A DNA stretch of 63,588 nt, counting the filler, from Aduncisulcus paluster (Eukaryota): the NCBI GenBank assembly GCA_024181965.1. It is 18 parts of 18 records of this genome, joined end to end, with 100 filler letters (N's around TTAATTAATTAA, not from the genome) between each part and the next. Parts side by side here need not be neighbours in the genome. Positions count along the whole stretch, not along the records: positions 35,871 to 44,508 come from BQXS01011990.1; positions 44,609 to 46,606 come from BQXS01011991.1; positions 46,707 to 48,658 come from BQXS01011992.1; positions 48,759 to 50,184 come from BQXS01011993.1; 14 more parts are not named here. The stretch is one strand, 5' to 3'. Shown piece after piece: positions 37,220-49,470 of this stretch; positions within the stretch are counted from its first letter, which is position 1, and each line of letters opens with the position of its first letter. The translations under genes and the position numbers were made by a program. Below the pieces are notes generated by a model, which was not told the origin of the DNA, searched no databases, and worked only from the letters and a program-made list of their open reading frames with translations.

Positions 37220-37732
37220 TTAAAGGATAATATCTTGAAGAAGGGCATCAGCAACACGGCGAATTTGAGAGTGAGTAGCAATTTTTAAAGCAGAAATTTC
37301 TCGAGATAAATCTTGAAGTATTGTCGATATAAAGAAAACGATTCGATTCTTTGAAAATTCTTCAATATGATGGTGTAAAATCAAGAAAGAAAGGAAATAA
37401 CCTTTGACGGGTTTCTTCCGAATAATTGGCAATTCACTCCATAATCCATGCATTTCTTTGGAAAAATTATCTAATATTGACTTTTCAATGTCTTCATCTC
37501 TCATTCTAACTTTGATTGATATTCGAACAGAATCTACAGCTCTCTCAATCAAAACCTCATAAATATCCTGATATTTAATTTCAAGTGGGGCCAATAGTCT
37601 GGAAGAATCTTCTTTAATTTCAACTTCAGGATAAGCGAAGGAGTATGAATGCCGAAGTGATAATGGCTCAATGTCAAGACTTGTTTCAATTCCTTTCTTC
37701 ACAGATTCAATAAAATCAATAAACATCACCAT
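37220..37732 (-). CDS. ARPC4: Arp2/3 complex subunit 4 (p20), divergent
   Basis: PEVEI, VLIERAVDSVRISIKV, IIRKKPVKGYFLSFLI, EISALKI...R.VA; length 170 aa fits the family. Confidence 0.85.
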   Translation of the reverse strand: MVMFIDFIESVKKGIETSLDIEPLSLRHSYSFAYPEVEIKEDSSRLLAPLEIKYQDIYEVLIERAVDSVRISIKVRMRDEDIEKSILDNFSKEMHGLWSELPIIRKKPVKGYFLSFLILHHHIEEFSKNRIVFFISTILQDLSREISALKIATHSQIRRVADALLQDIIL

Positions 37733-38082
37733 TACTTAATAAATTTTTCAATATAGTCTTCCAAATTAGGTAGATCAAGGACGAAACGAATAAAGCTCCA
37801 ATTTACATCGTAAGAACCATATAAATGGCGAGAATTAGTTTATCATATCATCCGACAAAAATTTATCAGCATACAAAGTGATATTAATTTGGATGTTTGA
37901 ATTTCAATTTGAAATTTAGTCACCTAAGCTTTTAGTTCTTTCAGCCAAAAAACACCCAAAAATCTCGCAAATTAAACCCAATTTTACTGAAACAATTTAT
38001 CGTAAAATCCTAGTGTTTAAAAATTTAGCGAGAACCTGTTACGTCCTATAAATAAACCGTTTTGATCAGGAAATTTTCAATC

Positions 38083-38176
38083 TTTTTTTTTTGACTCGGG
38101 GGGGTTTATTTAATTGTGATTAGCATATTCTGATGAAGATTCATGGTGTTCATATTGTTCCAAATCACCCAAATGC
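38083..38176 (-). repeat. Dispersed ~90-bp repeat, copy 2
   Basis: Reverse complement of 8104-8194 with a few substitutions. Confidence 0.85.
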
Positions 38177-39470
38177 ATTTCTGAAGGCTCCGGATGAAGA
38201 ACAGACGACACTTTTTTCGAAACCGGCCCAGTGCCGGCGGCAATATTTCAGAAGTATTTATCCTTCCTACTAGGACTAGCCAGTAGCTATTATATTTTCA
38301 CATGCTTGCCAAAAATAGCAGCCTTCAAATTGAAAGTATCATGGCAGTATGCCATTGGATTCTATTCGCTTATCTTCAAGATATGATTAAGTTAATCATC
38401 TGAAATTAGAATTAGTTTTTAAAATACCATTTAAGAATTCTAAAATGCAGAATTACAATTCAATTGAATCAACTTGCGACCTCGTCGCAACAGCCAGCTT
38501 GGTGGAATAGCATTGGGGTTTATGAAGAAAGAGAGAAAAAAAGTGAGAAGAAAATAAAAAATAAAAAAAGGGGGGGGGGGGGGGGGGGGGGGGGGGAATT
38601 GAGATTTCCAAGCGCTTGGTTGCCAATGGCTCCAGAGAGGCCATGATTACTTCAAATAAAGATAAAAATGAAAAAGAACGGCGAAAATCCAGCACATTAA
38701 ATGGTTGGTGTTCGATGATGTGCTGATATTTCATCTTTGGAGTATGAGTTACTATTTCTTCATGGTAAAGCATTGATAGATGGTATATGGCATATATAGA
38801 TAACTGTTATCTGATAACAGATGCTCCACATTCCAAAGAAAAGGAACACAGAGCACAAATCTCAGTATTGGATGATCAAGATCTATCATTGAAGTTGGAG
38901 TTGGAGTTGGAATTGGAATTGGAGTTGGTGAGCCTCCCACAACAGAACTGTCCATATCCATCATGGCATCCTCGAGCTTGTTAGCGGCGCTACGCATGCA
39001 GCAACCACATACCATAAAAAGACCGCAGATAACGGCGAAAATGCTGCATATAACATCGAGAACGACACCTACTACCTACTTTGTCAAAAAGCTGAAATTT
39101 TCAGTACGGTACCAACTGCAAAGAGAACAAGTCAAAGAAAACACCACAAATAATGGCACAGATTCCAGTACACATAATTTATAAAACTAGTTGCATCAAT
39201 GAGGTTAGATGGCAAAAAGTCGGTTGATACTATTTTTGGAGAATCAGATATCATCAAAAATTCAGTCCGGGTGTCTTTTTTTTTGTTTGGCAAATGAGTT
39301 TATACACATAATGAGTTATCTATATTTTATATTATATTTCTCTTCTCAACAATAGGTCTTTATTTGATCTCGATCTCAGAGAGAAATTGTGAGGTACAGT
39401 ACCTCAGAGGTACAGCTCGACTGATACCATGACAGCCCTTTTCTGCGCACGGTTTTATTTTCGCTACAAA

Positions 39471-40626
39471 ATGTCTTTAACGGAAGAACAACGTATTGAT
39501 TTTTTTTGTAAAATTATCTGGGCATTGTTAGTTATTGAGATAATTTCACTGGGTATTGGCGGCACTGTGCTGCCATGGGTAAAACCAGTTACGAACAGAT
39601 TTTTTTGATAACGTAGATTCTTTTATAGCCTCAATTGAGGATGTTTCATCATCCTCTTCCTTCTCTAGGTTCAAAAATTCTCTTGCTACAATGAGCATGA
39701 CTCTTAACTTCAATGGCATAACATTCTCTCTTGATATCAATGATTTTACTGCTTATAGCGATGAACCATGTGGTGTTGATGAGGATGATATGGCAGCCCT
39801 TGAAGAAAGAGGCATTTCTAGCTCTGATATGGACTCATTTTTTTACAGATATTCTCCTTTAACAAGCTCTGATATTTCAGATGTTTCTGGACTCGACTTT
39901 TACGCCGATATTGAGTTGTTTGAAGACAGTACGTCCAATTTATCAATATCAAAGGAGTTTGTGTATAGTGACTTAACAGATACCGATAATGAAGGAGATT
40001 GCCATTACTATGAACGTAAGTGTTCAGATGGTATATTTCAACCTAATGAATGTCTCTCTGTATTATATGCAAAAGCTCTTAATATTGGAATCACTCCCAA
40101 GCATACCTCCACGTATCCGAATACTTATGATGTCAGTGACGATGATGTTAACTTTGCCAACTGGAACAACTATTCCGATAGATCATATGATTGTTCTTCG
40201 GTTGATTATCTTCCATTAAGTTCCCTTTCTTTAAATATTTATGATATCACTACCTATTGTGGGATTTATCATGCCAATTATGGTGGAGATTTCGGAGATA
40301 ATCGGTCTATTCTTATTATGTTTTGCACTTTCTTGTCGATTATTGGGGGATGTTGTTTTGGTATCGATATTATTTTATTTCTAATTTATTTTTTTAAAGC
40401 TAAAACCTGGTGTTCTTGCAAAACTGATGAGAGGAAAAAAACTCAACGTGAGGAAGAAAGAAAGGAGCGTGAGGAAGAAAGAAAGGAGCGTGAGGAAGAA
40501 AAAAGGAAAAAAAGGGTTGAGAGAAAGAGACAGCGTGCAAGCCGTTCATCCACCTACCAACCGGAATCAGAGTTGGGAATTCCTATGAGAGTCAGTATTG
40601 CCGGAATGCAGGATGGGAAAACGTAA
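39471..40626 (+). CDS. Membrane protein with two TM helices around an acidic Cys-containing loop; apparent 1-nt frameshift
   Basis: ATG 39471 MSLTEEQRIDFFCKIIWALLVIEIISLGIGGTVLPW joins the 39691 frame if one T is removed from T7 at 39600-39606. C-terminal TM and 21-nt EEERKER repeats. Confidence 0.65.
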
Positions 40627-40783
40627 TATAAGTAACTTATTAAATTATATGCGGACGGGTGCGAAATTACTCTGGAGTAACTTCCTCTGGTAAAAAGAAT
40701 TTTTCAGAGATTTGAATCAACGATTGGTAAACTGAGGGAGTTACAACATGAGTGGCTTCAAAAGGAAACGGTCAGACTGATCA

Positions 40784-41401
40784 ATGAAAGCGATCTACCA
40801 ACTAGAGATAAGGCCTCTGCAATCAATACGATACCGCAGGCGGCAAGACACACCTGGTTCTTGTAATGCTCCCATTGTCCCTGATAGTTCTATTGGGGGT
40901 AATGGAAGTGGTCTTGATACTTCTTCCCCTGTGGAACCTTCTCACAATCCCAACTCCGATGAGGATAGTGGGAGTGGTCCTGATCCTGGTCAGCCAACAC
41001 TGACTGAAAGGGAGTCAGAGAATCGCCAACGTGTTGGTGGCCCTTCTGACTCCCAAAACTCCCAGGGATCGAATCATGACGGCCCTTCTCGTAAGAGGCC
41101 TGTTGTGCATGATGAACTAAGGTCACTGATTAGAAAGCGTTTTAACATTATTCATTTTGTCCTTTCCTCTTCAGGTGTCATGGGTCGTCGTGCTGCCTCC
41201 TTACTTGGAAAATTCATCTTTGACTATGGTAAGAAGTCGGTGAGGGGATCTGTGCCCAATGGCGCGCAAGAGCTGTTTATGAGCCACCTCAGTCCGCTAC
41301 TGATGCGTCTTGCCATGGCTATTGCCGGCCGATGTGCGGAATGTGATCTTTCTGTGATAATCAGACATAATAATGTCTATGGTTTTTTGTCGCTTCCGTG
41401 A
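40784..41401 (+). CDS. Hypothetical ORF, possibly the 3' end of a non-LTR retroelement
   Basis: 205 aa; IIHFVLSSSGVMGRRAASLL weakly resembles the tail of restriction-like endonuclease domains. Confidence 0.3.
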   Translation: MKAIYQLEIRPLQSIRYRRRQDTPGSCNAPIVPDSSIGGNGSGLDTSSPVEPSHNPNSDEDSGSGPDPGQPTLTERESENRQRVGGPSDSQNSQGSNHDGPSRKRPVVHDELRSLIRKRFNIIHFVLSSSGVMGRRAASLLGKFIFDYGKKSVRGSVPNGAQELFMSHLSPLLMRLAMAIAGRCAECDLSVIIRHNNVYGFLSLP

Positions 41402-42099
41402 GAGGTCCCGGCGATAAGCGTGAATTCGAAAAAACCGATTCATCATGAAAAGCTGAACGGAGAGGAATTTTAATGGTCTTAATTTATTTTTATTTTATTT
41501 TTGTTGGTCCATAATGGATCCCTTGCTCTAGGAACCTAAATCACGCTTTATTTATCTCCTAGTGGAGTTTGGAAGATAGTTGGACATGAGTGTAGACGAC
41601 GTAAGAAAAAGGCTCATAATCTCGGAAAACGGCAAGGGAAGAGCATGAGCAGCTGATCTATAGAGACAATAGAAAGGTCGGAAGTCTCCAAATAAAACCT
41701 TAAATCTGCCCACTATCTATACCAAACCACGCCTACGAGATACATACGAACGGTGAGTAAAAGGAAATAGGAAACGGTGGTTGTAGATAGTTTCTGAAGT
41801 GGCATGGCCACTGCAGCAGAGCTCATAAGATTGACGATTCAAAGCATCTATCTATACTGTACTGTACTGTACTGTACTATAATCTATTGGCCATCCATCA
41901 ATTTAGAAGAAAGAATGTTGCGTGCGATCATGACTTATGATCAAAAATAAAATGGTTATTAACACCTAAGGAATCTTACAACGGAGGAAAATAATTAAAA
42001 ATACGAAAAAGACAATTGCCATCATTCTATTTGACTTATTAAGTGAAGTACTCACACTATACTGTTTGGGAGTCAATTATGAGGCAATTCTGAGTTGTA

Positions 42100-43778
42100 C
42101 TATACTGTACTAAGATCATAGGGTGGTTGAGGAGATACTCCAGCAAACCAATAATACAAAGACCTGAAATACGTGTGAATGTCCAACTTTCCGACAATCA
42201 CAAGGACAATATTTAGGACTAGAAAGTAGGCTAAAATTAGCCCCAAGTTACTCAGGAATGTCATTGCACCCAATAGAGCCACTTCTGACAGTGCCAATCC
42301 TTCGAGAGCCTCCAAAGGTTTCTGTATGCTTTTCCTTTTGCACTCAGATTGTATCAAATGGAGTTTTTGAGTGGCAGAGTGAACATCGTACTTTCTCAAT
42401 TCCTCTGTTATCTTCTCTCCCTTCTCCTTCCTCGTCTTCCCTTCCCTCAGGGCGATGTCTATTGCATGGGATACAATGGCTCTGAGTGCGTCTGTCTTCT
42501 TCTGAGCGATCACACTGTCCACATCAGGACGAGTTCCATCTCCAGACGAGGTTGCATTGAACATATCCGAGATGGCAGATGCAAGCCCTACGCATGCCAA
42601 AGGGGCAGCTATCACAAGGAGGACACAGAAGGCCCCCATACCAATTGTCTGGAAGTTCAAGATAATGGAATACCAGGAAATGCCGGAGATAAAGTTAAAC
42701 TGGACGTAGAAATGGTATAAAATAAAGCATGTAAGATGTATGATCTGAATCGGAAGCCATGTTATCACAACCATCAGAAGCTTCTTATTGGCTCCAACAG
42801 CAAGGTGAGAAACAATGGTTATAACATATAATATGGATAAAAATAGAAGAGTAGGTGAGAAAAAGAACACATATGGAATATAATACGGAGCAACTTTTGT
42901 TTGTCGCATCCATTCGAGTATTGGAATCTTACAAGTATCAATTTCATCATCAGACAAGAAAATGGTATGAATTCCAATATAAGAAACGATTGAAAGCAAA
43001 GAAATTCCACAAAAGGTTGTAAAATATCGAATAATCATCATTCCAGCACTCTCAAGGGTAATGGATCCACGTTTGTATTGAAATCCAAAGGTAAGCATGA
43101 GGGATGCAAGGGATCCGACTAAAGCTAACGAAAACATTCCCCACGTAGTTAAATTAAATGCCCCAAAGAAATATTTTGAAGGGACCAGTCCTATCACGAG
43201 GAAAGGGAGAGAAACGAAGAGAATATACAGAGAACTCAACCAGAGTCCTTTCTTCTGAAATTTAACAAAATTATTCTGGCATGAGCCTGGATCTGATGTT
43301 TCTCGAAGGAAAACAAGGCACTCAGGATCGATTTCTGTCTGAACACCCAAACATGTGATTAAGTGATGCTCAAGCGCAGGAATACAATCGATAACATTAC
43401 ACCCATGGATATGATTGGGACATTTGGCTGTGATGGTGCATAGCTCAGATCGGATTGAGACGTTACGATATGATTTCACTTTCTTACGACACATTGGACA
43501 GGAAATGGATGGATATCTCCAAATTTTATGGAAACAATTCCGACAAAACATGTGATTGCACGAGGTTTTTACCATATCTAGATTCACAGTTAAACATATC
43601 GGGCATTGACTGAGTATGGCAAAATGAATCAGAAAAATGGTGGAAATAAGAATGATATTAAAAGAAATAATGCATTATTCAAAAAGTATAACTAAACTTA
43701 CAGTTCAATGGCGCGTTGATGTCCTTCTTCTGTTATAAATGCATCAGGATCGATACCTTCAAAACACACAGTCGGCAT
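42100..43778 (-). CDS. RING finger plus TRAF/SINA-like zinc finger plus multi-pass membrane protein (putative E3 ligase)
   Basis: Exon 1 43702-43778; intron 43610-43701 (GTAAGT..CAG) gives LQCPICL..SCNHMFCRNC..CPMCR; then CPNHIHGC..HLITC and about 7 hydrophobic segments. Confidence 0.85.
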
Positions 43779-44042
43779 AAGAGCAAGAAACGTTAAAATA
43801 GGTAAATATATAAAGAAGATATTTCAATTATTAAAATTTGTAACCAAAACATTTCTTAAAGTTCAAAATGGTCACGAAAAACGCTCATTATTTTTGAGAA
43901 GTCATTTCTAATATTATATCAGCAAAAAGCTGATATATTAATGTAAATATAGATTTTATTATGGAATCTTATAATATTAGGGAGTAATATTCATCATATT
44001 CACCATTAGTCCAAAACTCGATTTTTCTTGCCATGTAGTGAA

Positions 44043-44508
44043 ATGTCTGATAAAAGAAGATATATTGTAACACATCCAGAAGTTAAATCATTTATTTCAA
44101 ACTTTATGGCGGCATGTATTGCTGAAAGACCATCAGATATTCCAAAGTTTGCTTTAGAATACTTAAAACGACCAGCTGTCAAAGATTCAGTGGCCAAAAG
44201 TGCCGGGTATGATTCATATCGAGCATTACATGAAATTGTTGAAGAGAAAAGGGTTCAAGAACGCAGAATAGAACAAGAAAAAAAAGAAAAAGAATTGAAG
44301 GCGCGTTTAGAGGAGGAAATGCGCAAACAAAGGGAAATACAAGCCCAAAAAGAACTTGAAATGCAAAAATTATTTGAAGAGAATCGACTTAGTAAGGATG
44401 AAATGAAGTATCGCCAACATCTTGTTGAAGAAAAAGAGTGTAAAACAGAAGCCATAAATCTCGCAAAAACCATTGTGAAAAAAACCACCAAGAGAAGAGA
44501 TTTATATT
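44043..44508 (+). CDS. RIIa/Dpy-30-like dimerisation-docking domain protein with coiled coil, 3' partial
   Basis: YIVTHPEVKSFISNFMAACIAERPSDIPKFALEYL. Confidence 0.75.
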
Positions 44509-44608
44509 NNNNNNNNNNNNNNNNNNNNNNNNNNNNNNNNNNNNNNNNNNNNTTAATTAATTAANNNNNNNNNNNNNNNNNNNNNNNNNNNNNNNNNNNN
44601 NNNNNNNN

Positions 44609-46606
44609 CATTGAAATGAGTGTGAACCAGAATGAGATTCCCTTTTTATGTTTTTTCCTTTTCAAAACTTCAAACCAACTATCAAGAAGATCCTTAACAT
44701 TATCATAGATTTCAAGGCCATGTGATGGATCACAACATAAGTTGGCGAAGAACAATAAAACCCGTTCATTATAATTCTCAACAATCTTATCCCCAACAAA
44801 CTGTGTCTTAACAACCTCAAGGACAGGGTAGAAGAAAGGCCAAGCTTCAGAGCAAAGTGATTTGCTGAAGATAATACAATCTTTTGCGAGTGTGACATGT
44901 GATAGAATAAACATCCATTGTCCATAATCCTCAAAATTGTCCTGAATACTCAACCAATCTTTGATATATGGTTTGATGAGAGTGATAATAGAGGATCGAG
45001 TGGGAAAAATTTTAGAGATATTTACAAGTGTACGCAATAAGGAATCAACAACATCACTATCCAACTTTTCCTTACTTCCCCTTTCAAGAATACGTTGAAG
45101 AGTGGCATAGATCTTCGAAAAAAAAGATGTCAAATCAATAGTTTTAAAGGTAAAATTAACACAAATACCAAAATAATATCTGTCAACATCTCCTTCTAAT
45201 ATTTCCTCAACACCTGATAAATGATCAAAGAAAGTGTCAATGAGATTATCAAGATCAGACATAGGGAGAAAGATAGAATTTCCAAAAATGTCATCATGGC
45301 TTACAAACAACTCTAAGCATCGAAAACAAAGCATAATCTCTTTCTTCTGTTCAATAATCTCACTCCTTGATTGTGATGTACGGAAGACAGAAAGTATCTC
45401 ATCTCGGTATTTGTGGTAAAGATTAGATTTGGATTCTGAATCGGGGCATTTCTCTATAATTTCAGCTAATTCGACCCATTTCTTCAAAGAAGGATTACTA
45501 TTGCCAATATATCTCATATAAACTATCCTCCATCCTCTATTATTCTTGCACCATTCCATTTTGTCATCATATTTGGGAGATAACTGAACGACAATCGATG
45601 GGACTGTGGAGAGTATAGAAATGAGTTTGGACAAAAATTTGGCCCCGAATCTATCAGGATCCTCTTCTTCACTCTTCTCCATTGCCATCTCAATCCAACT
45701 ATCGAGAAGACCAGCTTTAATAGAATCATGAATTTCAATAGCTTGGGAAGGAATGCAACTCAAGTTAGCGAAGAACAATAAACAACGAATGACAGCATCA
45801 TCATCAAATGTAATACCTTTGGAAGTTGTATCCGTGATAACATCCAAGACAGGATGAAACACAAACCAAAGTTGTGAGGAACGATCTTTATGAGGGTTCT
45901 TGTTATCTTTATCAAGAGTGATATTTTTCAAGATGTTTGTCCACAAGAAAAAGAACTTCTTGTCAGGATATTTCTGCATCCAAGGTAAGATATGAGGGAG
46001 AAGAAGGGATAAAAGAGAGTTCTTGGTGCAATCATCTTCGGCAAATGCAATATTTCTGCATGTTTGAAGGATGGCCTCAATGAAAGAATCTTCAAATTTT
46101 TTGGATAGGCCGAGAATAAACATCTTGGAGAGAAGAGAAGAGATTTGTTGGAAAATAGAGAAAGCGATAATCCAATCATTTCATCATATGTCGCAATATC
46201 AATTATCCTGAACAATAACATTGTGATAGAATTCACTCCAACTTCACCAGTTCCACCTTCTTCTTCTTCTTCTTTCACTCTCAGAATATCTTCAACTCGG
46301 ATCATTGAGGGCAAGAAAGTGTCAATAATGTTCTTGATGTAAGAACTATCAAGAATAACCTCAATATCATCCTCAGCTTCCTTCAAAGTCCCATCTTCTT
46401 TTGTAACTTTATGCTTCATGAACAAAGATAAACATTCGAAACAGAGAGCGAAGAGATCTCGATTGGATGGTGATATCAGAAGGTGAAGAAGTGGATTCAT
46501 CAAAGATAGCCTTGAGCCGAGGACATGATTCCTCATAAAGTGATGTGACAGCGGATTGAGAAGATGTCCTTTTAATTGAAACAATTAGAGCATTCAGTTC
46601 TGTCTC
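44609..46606 (-). CDS. ARM-like expanded-family protein fragment with internal duplication and a frameshift near 46130-46170
   Basis: Two copies of W..F(H/Y)PVL.V...LLFFANL.C.PS...EI; related to 8402-9583; split between ORFs 45928-46584 and 44561-46123. Confidence 0.7.
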
Positions 46607-46706
46607 NNNNNNNNNNNNNNNNNNNNNNNNNNNNNNNNNNNNNNNNNNNNTTAATTAATTAANNNNNNNNNNNNNNNNNNNNNNNNNNNNNNNNNNNNNN
46701 NNNNNN

Positions 46707-47131
46707 CGAGCAGGCAAGGTTAAAGGAATCATTGGTCGTGTGCGTGATTGTTTTAGTGTTCCCAAGGCAAAAGTTGGAGCCTTTGGAGCTCTGTTTCGAG
46801 GAGCCATTCTTGACACTGTGATAACAAACACTCAGGACAATGCTCTGAAGTGTGTGAAATGGCTTGAAAACAACAGGTGTGGTGTGCTGTCATTCATTGG
46901 TCTTGACAAAATGACTGCACGAGTGGACAAACAGTGGCTCTCGAAAGAAGATTTCCATTCATTGTCATCCACTCCCACTGAGTGTATTCGAATGATTGAT
47001 TGTTTGCAGATGTCATCGCAAAACCTCCGTCCAATCTATTTCAACATTACTCGGAATACTCTGATTGCTGATGACATGAAGCAAGCAATGTACTTGCACA
47101 CGTTTGATCCTTCTCGAGACAAACACGGCCG

Positions 47132-47164
<33 letters not shown>

Positions 47165-48658
47165 TTCTTCTTCCTCTTCTGGAGTATCTAAATATGGCAA
47201 GAAGCATCTGCACAAAGTTGTAACTGTTGACGGAAATGTTATTGATGCGTCTGGTTCCATTGTCGGTGGTGGTAATGTCAAAAGGTTCAAAGCTCAGGCA
47301 GAAAGGAATATCATGTGTGACAAGGAATCTAAAGAGGTGGAGAGGGTCAGAAAAGCATGTGTGGATGGAATAGCAAAAGGAGCTAAAGTTCACAAGCGTC
47401 GTGTCTGAGTTAAAGCTTTCCAAGAAGGAGGAAGAAGCCAGGGATCAAATGAAGGAGAAATACTTGGAAACTTTCTCAAATTGGACGGAAAGACAACGGG
47501 ACCTGGAAGAAAAATCTGAGGAATTGGACAATGGAGAACGTAAGATGGCAGGACTTGAGGAATCAATCGATGAACTTTCTCAAAAAATTAAAATACTCAC
47601 AGATACTAAAAATAGAACACAATCTGAGATTAAGGCCCTCAAGAAGCTGATTTCTTCTCATTCCAATGGATGTTACAGTTGACAAAGAATGCCGGAAAAG
47701 ATGAAGAAGAAGAAGGAGAAGGAGCCAAAGAGGAAGAAGAAGAAGAGGAAGAAAGAGAAGAGGAGGAGGAGGAAAAGAAGTTGTCAGATTTGCTCAGAGC
47801 CTTAGAAGAGAAAGAGAAAGACAAGGAGCGTCTGATGCAAGAAAAGGCTGGACTCTTGAAGGTTATAAAAGCCAAGGAACCAGAGAAACTCAAGAGTGTT
47901 CAGAAGGTTATTGAAAGACTAAAAATAGACATTAAGACAAATCAAAATTCTTTGGATGAGCTTGAATTGTTTATGACCAAAGCTTTAGCAAGAGTTGAGA
48001 ACAAGACAAAGAAACTCGAAGCTCTAGAAGGTCAATATAACGAGGTCAGTGAGTCCCTTGGCAAGTGTATCGAAACACAAGAAAGTACAAAGGAAAAGTA
48101 CGACTCTATCCAGAAAGAGATTGATTTGTTGAACGAGAAGCTCACAGAAATGCAAAGAGAGAAAGAAGAGAGAGAGGAAGAGAGAGAGAAAGAAGAGGAA
48201 GAGGGAGAAGAAGAGGAAGAGGAAGAGGAAGAAGAGGAAGAAGAGGAAGAGGAAGAGAAACTCAAGGATGAAGAGGAAGAGGAAGAGAATGATAGTGTAG
48301 GATCTCTGTCCAAAGCTCAGTCCAAAGAATTGAAGCGTTTGTCTCGTAGCCTTTCGTTGTTCTCTGAGAAAGCTGTTCAATCGTGCTTGGAATCACTTGT
48401 CTCCACCATTCGTACTGCCCAAAATGAGCTCAAAGGGAGAGAAAAGTCCATTGCTGGATATAACGCAATGATATCCAAAGGCGAAGAGAAGGCCTTGAAG
48501 GCAAGGAGTGCCCTTAGGGAGATTGTTGAGTTTGTCCAAATGACTGAGCGCAAGGATGATTTTGATGTGGATGACGATGAGGGAGAAGATGAGAAAGAAG
48601 ATGAGAAGGAAGAAGAGGAAGAAAAAGAGGAAGAAGAAGAGGAAGAAGAAGAACTCAA
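46707..48658 (+). CDS. SMC4: SMC protein (SMC4-like) hinge and coiled coil, fragment with two frameshifts
   Basis: GIIGRV.D...LD.VI.....A.KCV.WL.....G..SFIGLDKM, RNTLIADD..QA, KVVTVDGNVIDASGSIVGGG; frame changes near 47375 and 47670; poly-Glu inserts. Confidence 0.8.
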
Positions 48659-48848
48659 NNNNNNNNNNNNNNNNNNNNNNNNNNNNNNNNNNNNNNNNNN
48701 NNTTAATTAATTAANNNNNNNNNNNNNNNNNNNNNNNNNNNNNNNNNNNNNNNNNNNNCTCTTATACACAGGCCTCTTCCAAGCCCACATAGAAGGGTAG
48801 ATGCCCATCTACGTGATCTCTCTTCTCTGGTTCGGCCAGGTACCATGA

Positions 48849-49470
48849 AATCGGCGCTCAATTGCCCCATTTTATGATCCTGCTCTTCTTGTTGGTACGA
48901 ACAATGCTGATGACGCCTGTGTGTATGATATCGGTGATGGTAGAGTGCTAGTCAGTACAGTTGATTTCTTCACTCCCGTTGTTGATGATCCTGTTGATTT
49001 TGGACGCATTGCTGCTTCCAATGCTCTGAGTGATGTGTATGCTATGAATGCCAAACCTATCTTTGCACTCGCTGTGTGTGCTTTCCCTTCTGCACGTCTG
49101 CCGGAGAGTGTCCTAACTGCTATCATGAATGGAGCCACTGAAAAGTGTGCTGAAGCCGGGATTGCTATCGCTGGTGGACACACTATTGATGATCCTGAAG
49201 TTAAGTTTGGGTTGTGTGTTGTCGGTATTTGTCGAAAGGATGAGTATTTATGTAACAACACTCCTAAACCTGGGAATATCCTTCTTTTGACGAAGAAGAT
49301 AGGTACTGGTATCATATCTACAGCCTTAAAGAATGGTTATATTGATGATGAGAGTGTTGTCAAGGAGATGGCTGCCACCATGGGAAAACTCAATAGAGAA
49401 GCGGCTGAATGTGTGAGTGAGGTGAAAAGGAGACTTGGTTCATCGAGTGTGACTGCTCTCACCGATGTGA
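48849..49470 (+). CDS. selD: Selenophosphate synthetase fragment, bacterial-type; both termini missing
   Basis: DPALLVGTNNADDACVY..STVDFFTPVVDDPVDFGRIAASNALSDVYAM..AGGHTIDDPE.KFGL..LTKKIGTGI..ALTDV; the expected TGFGL continuation is absent. Confidence 0.9.

Noticed and set aside
38570..38596. G27 homopolymer, potential G-quadruplex
   Set aside because: Pure poly-G next to an A-run is a common sequencing artefact; no supporting context.
48024..48658. Poly-Ser/Phe antisense ORFs (also 60078-60624, 47036-47290 and many within 29054-35770)
   Set aside because: Shadows of GAA/GAG-rich or long sense-strand coding regions.
48759..48770. CTCTTATACACA at a contig start (and CTGTCTC at the contig end 46600-46606), resembling a Tn5 end
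   Set aside because: Matches the Nextera/Tn5 mosaic-end adapter CTGTCTCTTATACACATCT at contig edges; library remnant, not a transposon.
48846..48848. In-frame TGA upstream of SelD as a possible selenocysteine codon
   Set aside because: Only about 10 codons before DPALLVG, whereas the catalytic Cys/Sec lies about 22 residues before it in a G-C/U-G-x-K context that is absent here.
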